Assembly (NCBI GenBank): GCA_903945195.1
Contig: CAJAUT010000009.1
Location: 23,231 to 87,230, forward strand
From: an uncultured bacterium
GTDB taxonomy: Bacteria; Patescibacteriota; Microgenomatia; UBA1400; UBA12108
Length of the DNA: 64,000 nt
Direction: 5' to 3'
Within the stretch, counting starts at the first letter, position 1. Every line of letters begins with the position of its first letter. The notes under the pieces are model-generated. The model worked only from the letters and a program-made list of their open reading frames with translations, was not told the DNA's origin and did not search any database. Of the stretch, positions 1-9,805 are shown piece by piece. The translations under genes and the position numbers were made by a program.

Positions 1-373
1 GATCGGAAATAATAGATAAATAAGTGCCGCCAGAAATATCTTCTTGAAGCTGGAGAGTATAACCTGATGCATCAAGCTCTGAGGCAGCCAAGTTGCGAGA
101 GATAATGGTTGATGCATTTGATACTAAATTTATACTTGTTTCATAAATGCTGAGACCGTCTGTGGAGCTAGGCACTAGCTTGATTGTGTAGGCACCAGGT
201 TTCATGTTTTTGTCTGAAAAGGGAGTTTCGCCTTTGTTTACTTCATTGATAAAGACTGTAGAACCTGGAATACTTGAAATCTCTAAACCAGCTGAAGGTT
301 TCACAAAAAGATCTTTTGGAGTGCATCCACCAAGAAATAATGCAGCTAATGTGATGATTAATATCTTTTTCAT
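1..373 (-). CDS. Lipoprotein, 5' part only; the C-terminal coding continues beyond the window start. Possibly PEGA-like.
   Basis: Reverse-complement translation from the ATG at 373..371 gives MKKILIITLAALFLGGC..., a signal peptide with a lipobox-like LGGC, then an open frame to position 1. The track ORF 204..386 on the plus strand overlaps it and looks spurious. Confidence 0.5.
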   Translation of the reverse strand, partial: MKKILIITLAALFLGGCTPKDLFVKPSAGLEISSIPGSTVFINEVNKGETPFSDKNMKPGAYTIKLVPSSTDGLSIYETSINLVSNASTIISRNLAASELDASGYTLQLQEDISGGTYLSIISD

Positions 374-484
374 AGAGCTTTTATAGTATAACACTTGAAA
401 TCTTGACAACTCCCCTCTTTATTATTATAGGCCCTATCTGTCATCTGGAATACAAGAGGGCTCTGTTATAATAAATAGATTGTT

Positions 485-556
485 GGCGCAATGGCGAAGT
501 GGAAACGCCGAAGTCTGCAAAACTTCTATGCGAGGGTTCGATTCCCTCTTGCGCCT
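485..556 (+). tRNA. tRNA-Cys (anticodon GCA)
   Basis: 72-nt cloverleaf. 7-bp acceptor stem ggcgcaa/ttgcgcc; 5-bp anticodon stem gaagt/acttc with loop ctGCAaa; T-arm gaggg-ttcgatt-ccctc; D-loop with GG. Confidence 0.85.
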
Positions 557-574
557 CAATATATCATTAAAATT

Positions 575-1648
575 TTAAGCGTTGGCGATATCTATTGCGG
601 TTTCTATGAGTCTATTGGAATAACCCCATTCGTTGTCGTACCAGGCAAAGACTTTGACTAAATCACCATCTATAACCTGCGTGAGTTCTAAATCGACTAT
701 GGCTGACTCTCGCCTACCGATGATATCTGAGGAGACTATAGGTTCTTCGGTCACTGCCAAGATACCCGCCAAACTATCTGAAAGGATGGCTTGACGGAAG
801 AAATTGTTGACTTCTTCGACTGTGGTTTTGCGTTTAACGATAAAGGTAAAGTCCGTCATGGAACCAGTGATTGTGGGGACGCGTAGTGCGATGCCATCAA
901 AGAGCCCTTTTAGCTCTGGAATGGCCTCTGTGGCGGCAATGGCGGCACCAGTACTGGTTGGGACGATGTTGTGGGCAGCGGCTCTAGCCCGGCGGAGATC
1001 CTTGTGGGAACCGTCCTGCAAATTTTGGTCGTCTGTGTAGCTGTGGATAGTGGTCATGGCGGCTTTGGCTATGCCTAGTCTCTCATGGATGACAATGGCA
1101 ACTGGAGCTACACAATTTGTGGTGCAGGAAGCATTGTTTAAGACTGCGATGGTGTTGCGCCTGTCTTCTGCGACAATCTTGGCTTCGTTGACTCCTATGA
1201 CAGAAGTGGGGACTCCCCCACCCACGGACGGAGCTGAGATGACTACTTGCTTGGCACCGCCCAGGAGATGAGCTTTGGCTTTTTCCTCCGATGTAAAAGC
1301 GCCAGTGGATTCGATAACTACTTCAACATTGTGTTTGCCCCAGGGTATTTTGGCTGGATCCCTTTGGGCAAAGACTGGGATTTTGACTTGTTTGTCTAAA
1401 ATGAGGTAGCCAATGAGTGGATCTGTGTCTGTGGCCTCTTTAGAACTTTGATATTTTTCATATGAGATGTCCCCAGGAAAAATACCATAAGTGGTGTCGT
1501 ATTTTAAAAGATGGGCCCAACCATCTATGTCCATAGAGCCCGAAGTATTGATTGCTACCAAAGAGATATCTTGCCTGTGATACTGCCACCAAACCCTGGT
1601 AGAAAGCCTCCCAATACGTCCAAAACCGTTTATCGCAATGTTCTTCAT
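575..1648 (-). CDS. gap: Glyceraldehyde-3-phosphate dehydrogenase
   Basis: N-terminal INGFGRIGR Rossmann motif and active-site ASCTTNC in a 357-aa ORF. Confidence 0.95.
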   Translation of the reverse strand: MKNIAINGFGRIGRLSTRVWWQYHRQDISLVAINTSGSMDIDGWAHLLKYDTTYGIFPGDISYEKYQSSKEATDTDPLIGYLILDKQVKIPVFAQRDPAKIPWGKHNVEVVIESTGAFTSEEKAKAHLLGGAKQVVISAPSVGGGVPTSVIGVNEAKIVAEDRRNTIAVLNNASCTTNCVAPVAIVIHERLGIAKAAMTTIHSYTDDQNLQDGSHKDLRRARAAAHNIVPTSTGAAIAATEAIPELKGLFDGIALRVPTITGSMTDFTFIVKRKTTVEEVNNFFRQAILSDSLAGILAVTEEPIVSSDIIGRRESAIVDLELTQVIDGDLVKVFAWYDNEWGYSNRLIETAIDIANA

Positions 1649-1838
1649 AACTCTAGCTTACAGCATGCACATGACAACGTACAGCCCAATAATTGACGCT
1701 ATCTGATATACTTTGATATATATGACTATTTACCTCTGGTAATATTTTATTCCTGCCTGGCGGTTTACCCTATAACAGTTGACATTCCTAGGATATTTGC
1801 TAGGATCCTTCACTTCAGGGGCTAATTAAACCCCAAAT

Positions 1839-2393
1839 ATGACTAAAGCAGTGTGCAGATGGAAAATCTTTAAAAGACATGCGACTCGCCGAGTAATCGG
1901 AATGCAGTTTGCTGGACTAGCTATGGCTTTGTCACTTGTGACGATGCCTACTCATGCTTTTGATTACAACTTGGCTCAAGCCAAGCTAGACGAAGTCCCA
2001 TACGAAGTAGTTACTACTACAAACTCTGAGTATGTATTTCCTCTTGAATGGACTCTTGGTATGTCTCAAGGATATCACGGGGTCCACCCTGGGATAGATC
2101 TACGTGCTCCAGTTGGGACTAAAGTCCTATCTATGGCCGAAGGCACCATCATTGAAGTTGGAGATATGCTAATAGGCTACGGACACTTTGTCCGCATTGC
2201 ACACCGCGGTACTGTTTCTTCTCTTTATGCTCATCTAGATAAGGTCAGCGTCAAATCTGGTCAAAAAGTAAAGCGTGGTGAAGTGCTTGGCACTGTGGGA
2301 ATGACAGGATGGACCACTGGTCCTCACCTACATTTTGAAGTCCACTCTGGTGAAAGATCCTCAAATCCTTTGAACTATTTTTCTGTCCGATAA
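1839..2393 (+). CDS. M23 family metallopeptidase (LytM-like), secreted
   Basis: HxxxD-like GVHPGIDL, GYGHFVRIAH, and LHFEV motifs typical of peptidase M23. A signal-like segment follows the internal Met at about 1902, which is a possible true start. Confidence 0.8.
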   Translation: MTKAVCRWKIFKRHATRRVIGMQFAGLAMALSLVTMPTHAFDYNLAQAKLDEVPYEVVTTTNSEYVFPLEWTLGMSQGYHGVHPGIDLRAPVGTKVLSMAEGTIIEVGDMLIGYGHFVRIAHRGTVSSLYAHLDKVSVKSGQKVKRGEVLGTVGMTGWTTGPHLHFEVHSGERSSNPLNYFSVR

Positions 2394-2427
2394 TAATGCG
2401 GGAGACCGTATAGGTCGCCCCTACGAA

Positions 2428-3144
2428 TTATTTTACGATTGTGCCAATCTTCTCACCCATGACGGCTCTTTTGGAGTTGCCTTTTTCGAAGAAGTTGAAG
2501 ACCATGATAGGAAGTTTATTGTCCATACAGAGCGCAAAGGCTGAGGTGTCCATAATCTCTAAACGCTCTTTGAGGGCGTCCATGAAGCCTAACTCCTCGT
2601 ATTTTTTGGCACCGGGGAACTTGTTTGGATCTTTGTCGTAGACTCCGTCTACTTTGGTGGCTTTTAAGATGACATCGCAACCTAGCTCGAGACCACGCAA
2701 GGCAGCGCCTGTATCTGTGGTGAAGTAAGGGGCGCCTGTGCCAGCGGCTAAGATAAGTACCCTACCCTTGTCCATGTGGCGGATGGCGCGGCGACGGATA
2801 TAGGGTTCGGCTACGGCCGGCATCTCTAGGCCAGACTGAACCCGTGTATCTACACCTATCTTTTCTAGAGCATCTTGGATGGCAAGACTATTCATGACGG
2901 TGGCAAGCATGCCCATGTAGTCGGCGGTAGAGCGTTCTATACCATTGGCCGCTCCAGCGATGCCGCGGAATATATTACCTGCGCCGATGACTACTATGAC
3001 CTGAGCACCTGTGTCGTGAACGGATTTAATTTCTTGGGCTACTTCGCTAGCAGCCTTTGGGTCGATGCCGTATTCGCGTTCGCCTAGGAGAGATTCTCCG
3101 CCGAGTTTGAGAAGTACGCGTTTAAAGTGTGGGACAGCTGCCAT
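2428..3144 (-). CDS. pyrH: UMP kinase
   Basis: [10 protein letters not shown]-terminal amino-acid-kinase motif, 238 aa, typical PyrH length and sequence. Confidence 0.9.
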   Translation of the reverse strand: MAAVPHFKRVLLKLGGESLLGEREYGIDPKAASEVAQEIKSVHDTGAQVIVVIGAGNIFRGIAGAANGIERSTADYMGMLATVMNSLAIQDALEKIGVDTRVQSGLEMPAVAEPYIRRRAIRHMDKGRVLILAAGTGAPYFTTDTGAALRGLELGCDVILKATKVDGVYDKDPNKFPGAKKYEELGFMDALKERLEIMDTSAFALCMDNKLPIMVFNFFEKGNSKRAVMGEKIGTIVK

Positions 3145-3187
3145 AAAAAATCCTCCGATACTGTTATGCTAGAGAATAGGATGTCAT

Positions 3188-3232
3188 AAAAAAGCCCCTT
3201 GTGCAAGGGGCTTTTTATTTTTTATACAATTA
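3188..3232. terminator. Rho-independent terminator downstream of groEL. It is palindromic and could act in both directions.
   Basis: Perfect hairpin aaaagcccc-ttgtgcaa-ggggctttt flanked by A and T runs, directly 3' of the groEL stop on the minus strand. Confidence 0.6.
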
Positions 3233-3300
3233 TCTTTTTTTACATCATACCGCCCACCCTCCTTCGCTCTATCGAGCTGCGGACGGGCACAGTGCCTGAC

Positions 3301-4995
<1,695 letters not shown>

Positions 4996-5301
4996 TTATT
5001 TATTAATAACAGCAAGGATATCTTCGAATTTGAGGAATTGGTATTCGACTCCATTTATCTTGACGTCGTTGCCACCCCATTTTTTATAGACGACATGATC
5101 CCCTACTTTAACTGGAGATTTGATAGTGGCACCGGCTTCGGTTGACCAATCGGCTCCTACTGCCAAGACCGTGCCGGCCTGAGGTTTTTCGCTTGAGTTG
5201 TCCGGGAGATAGATACCTCCTGGTGTTTGAGTCTGCTTACTTTCTGGCTCGACTAAGACATAGCCAGGCATGGGTGAGAGTTTTTTTGGATCTAGTTGCA
5301 T
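4996..5301 (-). CDS. groS: Co-chaperonin GroES (Cpn10)
   Basis: 101 aa, immediately upstream of groL on the same strand, with a GroES-like mobile loop and beta-barrel sequence. Confidence 0.93.
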   Translation of the reverse strand: MQLDPKKLSPMPGYVLVEPESKQTQTPGGIYLPDNSSEKPQAGTVLAVGADWSTEAGATIKSPVKVGDHVVYKKWGGNDVKINGVEYQFLKFEDILAVINK

Positions 5302-5327
5302 AGCTCCTCCTAAATAAAAATATATAA

Positions 5328-5354
5328 TTAGCAGTTAAATGCTTTGAGTGCTAT
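5328..5354. promoter_or_regulatory. CIRCE-like inverted repeat (HrcA operator) upstream of groES-groEL
   Basis: ttagcagtt-N9-gagtgctat against the consensus TTAGCACTC-N9-GAGTGCTAA (7/9 and 8/9 matches, exact 9-nt spacer), 27 bp upstream of the groES start. Confidence 0.55.
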
Positions 5355-5396
5355 ATTAACAAAGTTAGAGTGGAAACGTCAACTGGATCAAAGTGA

Positions 5397-5954
5397 TTAG
5401 CCTACTTGAACCTCGGAGAGCAAGACACCTTCGCAGATAAGACCGCGGTTTTGGAATTCGAGATTGAGTTCTTGTTTGAGGGTACTTTCTAGACTGGCGC
5501 GGGAGTTTTTGACTACATTTGCGTCGACTGTTGAGAAAATGGCAGAGATCTTGGATCTACTAAAAGGGCGAATCACTTTAGAGACAAAGTGCTCCCCGAT
5601 GTTTTCCCAGAGCTCAGGAGCATTTGCCTTATCAATGCGAAATAAAATAGAGCCTTCAGCTACTACCGAAACTCCATCTTTAGTGGTGGATTTGATGGGC
5701 TCATCTCCCATGATTTCTCTATTGCTTAAATCAAAACCTTTGTGGATGGTGTATTCAAGGACCTGGGCATTGAAGAGCTTGGCTACCTGCCAAAAGGGAA
5801 TTTTTAAGTGAAGTCCTGGGCCAAAAACATTTTTGAGAACACCGCGACCGCGGTCGTAGATACAAGCAATGTGGCCAGGTGGAACAGAGATAAAAAATCC
5901 CCCTACTACCTCATCAGCCAAGAAAGAAACAACTAGATTGTCGAACATATGCAA
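5397..5954 (-). CDS. SPFH/band-7 (prohibitin/HflK-like) domain protein
   Basis: SPFH-like core sequence VPPGHIACIYDRGRGVLKNVFGPGLHLKIPFWQV... in a 185-aa ORF. Confidence 0.65.
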   Translation of the reverse strand: MHMFDNLVVSFLADEVVGGFFISVPPGHIACIYDRGRGVLKNVFGPGLHLKIPFWQVAKLFNAQVLEYTIHKGFDLSNREIMGDEPIKSTTKDGVSVVAEGSILFRIDKANAPELWENIGEHFVSKVIRPFSRSKISAIFSTVDANVVKNSRASLESTLKQELNLEFQNRGLICEGVLLSEVQVG

Positions 5955-5960
5955 ATTGTA

Positions 5961-6752
5961 TCACGAAGTGTGTGGTGGAGGGGATGAGTGCCCCACTTCG
6001 CCTTCGGCTACGCTTGGGGTCTCCGCTTCGCTTCGAGGAGTGTATTTTTCAACTAACTTATTGCCCCACTCTTGAATGAGTTTGACTGCATGATAAACAG
6101 CGGAAAAAGCCAGAGAGGTGATGACAAAGATCTTTTTACCTGAAGGGAGGAACATAAAGATCACAAAGGAGCCAATTGGGAGAACTATTTGAAGAAGAGC
6201 CTTGTCTTTGCGCGAGACCGGGAATGGAGAGCGCAGGGCAACTAGTACCTCTACCACAAAAATCATGAGTGACTGGATGATGTTTAGGGTGGCGTTGGTA
6301 CGAGAGAGATCATACTTACCTAAGAACATGAGATTGATATGATCTGGGACTGGGATAAAGTCGTAAAGCAAATGGAAATCTGCACCCTCCAGACCTGTGG
6401 TAAAGATGCGATATAGCATGATAATAAGTAATAGACCAATAAAGAGATTGACGGAGGTGGCCAGAACCGAGCTAATGTTGCTGCGCATGATAGCTTTGAT
6501 CTCGGCTCTTTGACGGATGGGCTCGTGCGCGTAAGCCCTTTTGGCTATTTCGATCTTTTCTACAATTTTCTTTTTTTCTTCTTCTGATCTTTCACCTGCG
6601 AGCCTTAAAGGAAATAATAAAATTTGAATGATAATGGAAAAGATAATGACTGCAATACCCATGTCAGCTAGCTCTGGAGAGATACGTCCCAGGATTTCGT
6701 AGAGACCCACCAAGATATTAAAGAGTGGTTGGTAGATATAGGTTTCGAACAT
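5961..6752 (-). CDS. YidC/Oxa1-family membrane insertase paralog (second copy)
   Basis: N-terminus YIYQPLFNILVGLYE parallels the bona fide yidC at 37246..37983 (YIYQPILNSLLWLYQ). Multi-TM architecture with a charged loop; 7 bp upstream of the SPFH gene. Confidence 0.55.
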   Translation of the reverse strand: MFETYIYQPLFNILVGLYEILGRISPELADMGIAVIIFSIIIQILLFPLRLAGERSEEEKKKIVEKIEIAKRAYAHEPIRQRAEIKAIMRSNISSVLATSVNLFIGLLLIIMLYRIFTTGLEGADFHLLYDFIPVPDHINLMFLGKYDLSRTNATLNIIQSLMIFVVEVLVALRSPFPVSRKDKALLQIVLPIGSFVIFMFLPSGKKIFVITSLAFSAVYHAVKLIQEWGNKLVEKYTPRSEAETPSVAEGEVGHSSPPPHTS

Positions 6753-6759
6753 AGAGATA

Positions 6760-7257
6760 TTATACTTGGTTTTGTTTAATTATCTGCGTGGTTGAGATTT
6801 CTGGGTTGAAGGTGTGTACTACTTTTAGACTTCCTCCGTATTTTTCTACTAGAAAGGTTTTACTCTTGATGTGAGTGGTGTGCTCTGAAACTGCGTAGAT
6901 ATTTGGCTTGATGGCAGACATTAGCGATTCGTAGGCATCAAAGTTGTTGAAATCGTCTGGCAATGCAATTACTAGTACTCCAGTTTTCCAGTTTTCCAGT
7001 TTTCCGGCAAGATCCAATATGTGCTGACAGCGCACTGACTGAGTTTCAATTGGTCTGCCATCCCCTTTAGCCTGAAGCGCGCGCAGATCAGATTCAACAG
7101 CTACTACTAAGACATCGCCGGCTGATTTGGCTTTTTGTAAAAAATTGATGTGTTCTTTGTGAAGTAAATCAAAAAAACCTGTGGCTAGGACAAGCTTTTG
7201 ACCCTCACCTCGTAGATTGGAACAAACAGGCTCAATCGATGAAATTGTGTAAAACAT
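6760..7257 (-). CDS. Cytidylyltransferase-like nucleotidyltransferase (TagD/RfaE-domain-II-like)
   Basis: GFFDLLHKEHINFLQKAKSAGDVLVVAVESD resembles TagD GTFDLLHWGHIKLLERAK..VVAISTD, with a variant HxEH in place of HxGH. Confidence 0.55.
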   Translation of the reverse strand: MFYTISSIEPVCSNLRGEGQKLVLATGFFDLLHKEHINFLQKAKSAGDVLVVAVESDLRALQAKGDGRPIETQSVRCQHILDLAGKLENWKTGVLVIALPDDFNNFDAYESLMSAIKPNIYAVSEHTTHIKSKTFLVEKYGGSLKVVHTFNPEISTTQIIKQNQV

Positions 7258-7277
7258 AATTATGATTATAGCCCCTA

Positions 7278-7359
7278 AAGGTCTGACCTGGTCTCCCGAT
7301 TGTATTTTGAAGTCGACTAAACACTCCCTTTGGTCGTCTCCTTAGCAGGTCAGACCTTT
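7278..7359. repeat. MITE-like palindromic repeat, family A (copy A1)
   Basis: Termini aaaggtctgacctggtctcc ... caggtcagaccttt are inverted repeats of each other; the shared core gaagtcgactaaaca occurs in 6 copies in the window. Confidence 0.8.
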
Positions 7360-8318
7360 AACACGGGGGGTGAGGGATCCAGTGGGTGGAAGAAGGCGCT
7401 ATTTATAGTGATGTATTCGCGAGTGAGTTTGGGTCGCATATAAAAGTATTGGAGATGAAAAAGTAAATATTCAATAGTATCCGATAAGGTCTGACCTGGT
7501 CTCCTGATTAACCCTTTAGGGTCTGACCTTCCCGCCTTTGAGTATGCGGGTTGGGCACATCCATCAAGGTCAGACCCTGTAATCACGTTTGACAAATATT
7601 TTTTGATCCAAGGATTGGCGGCAAGGAGAACGTCACGAGTATCTGAGGGATCGTAAACTGGGACAGCTTGAATAAGTTCGTAGGCTGTATAGATAGATTG
7701 CTTATGAGTTGGGAGCAGGTAGGAATCAGGTGTGAGATAAAGATTGAGACAAAGTTTGCCAGAATTATTGATGGAATGGGGAGTGCGGCGAAGACCTAGT
7801 AGAGTGGTGAGAATTGTTAGGATGAATCTGGTAGTCCAGAGTTTACCCTCTGCTGTAATAATCATGAAGTCGATATCAGAGTCGTTTTTTGAGTTATTCA
7901 TGGCAAGGGAACCTGTGAGATAGATTGCTTTGATAAATGGAGCGTGACTTATTTTTTTGGAAAGTGTTATGGCTCTTAATAGTTGAGGATTTGAAGATTT
8001 TAAATGATTGCTGCGACGAGCTACCAATGATTTTTTGCCAGGGAGATGATAATAATCTTGCGTTTGTTGAATCATTTTACTCTTGAGCATTAGCTGCAAA
8101 GTTCCGAACACTCGTTCTAAAGAACAAGGTTCGGAACTGATTAATCGCAAGTGAATTTCTGAGGCGGTGAGGGGGAAGCCGAAGTGATCTGAGTATTTAA
8201 TGGTTTTGATTATTGAAGTTCCGATGAGGTCTGTAATACCTTTAGGGTCTGACCTTCCCGCCTTTGAGTCTGCGGGTTGGGCACTTCCTTCAAGGTTAGA
8301 CCCTTTGGGAAACTTCAT
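7350..8318 (-). CDS. Pol-beta-like nucleotidyltransferase-domain protein; both ORF ends are repeat-derived
   Basis: Central GSLAMNNSKNDSDIDFMII is a GS...DxD nucleotidyltransferase fold motif. The N-terminal GSAQPADSKAGRSDPKG and the C-proximal GCAQPAYSKAGRSDPKGLIRRPGQTL are translations of family B/A repeats, so the true start is probably internal. Confidence 0.45.
   Translation of the reverse strand: MKFPKGSNLEGSAQPADSKAGRSDPKGITDLIGTSIIKTIKYSDHFGFPLTASEIHLRLISSEPCSLERVFGTLQLMLKSKMIQQTQDYYHLPGKKSLVARRSNHLKSSNPQLLRAITLSKKISHAPFIKAIYLTGSLAMNNSKNDSDIDFMIITAEGKLWTTRFILTILTTLLGLRRTPHSINNSGKLCLNLYLTPDSYLLPTHKQSIYTAYELIQAVPVYDPSDTRDVLLAANPWIKKYLSNVITGSDLDGCAQPAYSKAGRSDPKGLIRRPGQTLSDTIEYLLFHLQYFYMRPKLTREYITINSAFFHPLDPSPPVLKV
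7486..7578. repeat. Composite MITE: left half of family A fused to family B (copy B1)
   Basis: aaggtctgacctggtctcctgatt followed by agggtctgaccttcccgcctttgagtatgcgggttgggcacatccatcaaggtcagaccct. The family B core has an internal cccgc/gcggg stem. Confidence 0.75.
8099..8138. repeat. Short palindromic repeat, family C (divergent copy C1)
   Basis: aagttccgaacactcgttctaaagaacaaggttcggaact with termini aagttccgaac/gttcggaact; related to the copies at 12954 and 34776. Confidence 0.5.
8225..8304. repeat. MITE family B (copy B2) with a degenerate A-like left arm
   Basis: ccgatgaggtctgtaatacc + agggtctgaccttcccgcctttgagtctgcgggttgggcacttccttcaaggttagaccct; near-identical to B1 and B3. Confidence 0.75.
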
Positions 8319-9799
8319 TTTGCCTCGGGATATTTGAGCAGCAACTGTTTAACTCCCTCATCGAGTGGCTTGATGACGGCCGCGATTGTAGAGCCACCAT
8401 TGATACCGTTGATCGCGTCTTCATAATATTTACTAATGCCATCGTTGATGCCGTCGTCAAAAGTACGATCTGCCATATACCAAGATTTGTAGTTTGGGCC
8501 TTGGGAAACATAAGGACCTGCCAGTGGGTCATTGGCTAAGCTACTAGCTAGGCTGGTGAGTGAGTAGGGTTCACCGAGCGCGCGTATTTGAGAAGCCCCT
8601 GCATACATTTTTTGAAGAACTTCTGGAGTGCTTAGATATTTGATAAACTTCCAGGCTTCGGTTTGATTTTTGCTAGTTAGGGGGACTGCTTCTCCCCAGT
8701 AAGTGGCCCAGGCGAAATTGGCTGAAGGCAAGACAGGAGCTGGAGCTACTTTGAAATTTAGATCTGGATTGATGGCTTTGATTTCTGAGACTTGCCAGGA
8801 CGGGGCTAGGATCATGGCGACTGTACCCGTAGCAAAAGCATAGACAGAATTTGGCTGAGTAGCGTCCCATGATTTGTCTTGGGTAGAGATGATTGTGTAG
8901 AAAGTGAGGGCATCTTGGACGGCAGTTTCGCTAGGCTTTCCTGGATCTCCTGAGTTTTGCAGGATGAGTAGACCGAGGATGTCTGACCAATTATCTACAT
9001 TGTTTGTAGTACCTAGTGCAACCCCGGCCCTTTCTATGATTTTAGTTTCTGGATTGGTTTTGGTTAGATCAAATGCTAGTTTGCGCAAAGCGTTCCAATC
9101 CGAAGGAGGAGTAGCCCCCGATTCTTTCAAGATGTCTTCGTTGTACAACAGGGCCAGCCCGTCAATTTCTAAGGGAAGGCCATAGATCTTGCCACCACTT
9201 ACGAAGTTCTTTTGGACAATTGGATAATAGGAGCTTAGATCACTAACTTTTAAAATAGTGTCAGGAGCTGGTGATAAATCTTTTTTTAACATGGGAAGCC
9301 AAGTGTTGTGAATGCGGACAATGTCTGGGGCGTCAGCTTGAGTTCCAGCTGCAAGGAAGCGAGTGCGGTAGTTTTTTGGCGCTTGCATAGTGTAGTTGAT
9401 TTTGATGTTTGGATTTTTGGCTTCATAATCGGCTATCACACCCTGCATGACTGAACTGGGTTCCCATAATCCCCAATAATTGAGGGTGGTTACTATGGTT
9501 TTTTTGTTAAACATCGGGATGACCACCATGGCAAGAACTATCAAGACTACAATAGCTCCGAGTCCTATGACTACTGGGATAAGATTGCGGAAGGGCGAGG
9601 ATGATGGCGCTGCAACTGTAGTACTGGCTAATGAAGGAGCTGGTTGAACGGGTTCCTGAGAAGTTGGCGCTACATAAAGTGGGGGCGCTTCGTTTTTAAT
9701 GTCGGCAGTTCCCATTTCTTTGCCTTGTACTGACAAATCAATCGCGCCAGTAACTGGCGTACTACCGTAATCTTTGGTTGGATCAGGAAACTTTGGCAT
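8315..9799 (-). CDS. Extracellular solute-binding protein (ABC transporter SBP, family 1-like), membrane-anchored
   Basis: 494 aa with an N-terminal TM helix (IPVVIGLGAIVVLIVLAMVVI), a Pro-rich linker and a sugar-SBP-like body. No permease or ATPase gene is adjacent. Confidence 0.65.
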   Translation of the reverse strand: MPKFPDPTKDYGSTPVTGAIDLSVQGKEMGTADIKNEAPPLYVAPTSQEPVQPAPSLASTTVAAPSSSPFRNLIPVVIGLGAIVVLIVLAMVVIPMFNKKTIVTTLNYWGLWEPSSVMQGVIADYEAKNPNIKINYTMQAPKNYRTRFLAAGTQADAPDIVRIHNTWLPMLKKDLSPAPDTILKVSDLSSYYPIVQKNFVSGGKIYGLPLEIDGLALLYNEDILKESGATPPSDWNALRKLAFDLTKTNPETKIIERAGVALGTTNNVDNWSDILGLLILQNSGDPGKPSETAVQDALTFYTIISTQDKSWDATQPNSVYAFATGTVAMILAPSWQVSEIKAINPDLNFKVAPAPVLPSANFAWATYWGEAVPLTSKNQTEAWKFIKYLSTPEVLQKMYAGASQIRALGEPYSLTSLASSLANDPLAGPYVSQGPNYKSWYMADRTFDDGINDGISKYYEDAINGINGGSTIAAVIKPLDEGVKQLLLKYPEAK

Positions 9800-9805
9800 G
9801 GTACC

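Noticed and set aside
204-386. 60-aa plus-strand ORF at the window start
   Set aside because: It is fully overlapped by a more convincing minus-strand lipoprotein frame (signal peptide + lipobox) running from 373 to the window edge.
398-432. Sigma-70-like promoter (ttgaca ... tattat) upstream of tRNA-Cys
   Set aside because: It is plausible but sits about 50 bp from the tRNA 5' end, and a second tataat-like hexamer lies closer (463-472). I cannot choose between them from sequence alone, so it is not listed as a feature.
8296-8532. 78-aa minus-strand ORF overlapping the SBP gene 3' end and repeat B2
   Set aside because: It is repeat-derived and overlaps a confident SBP gene; no protein-like features.
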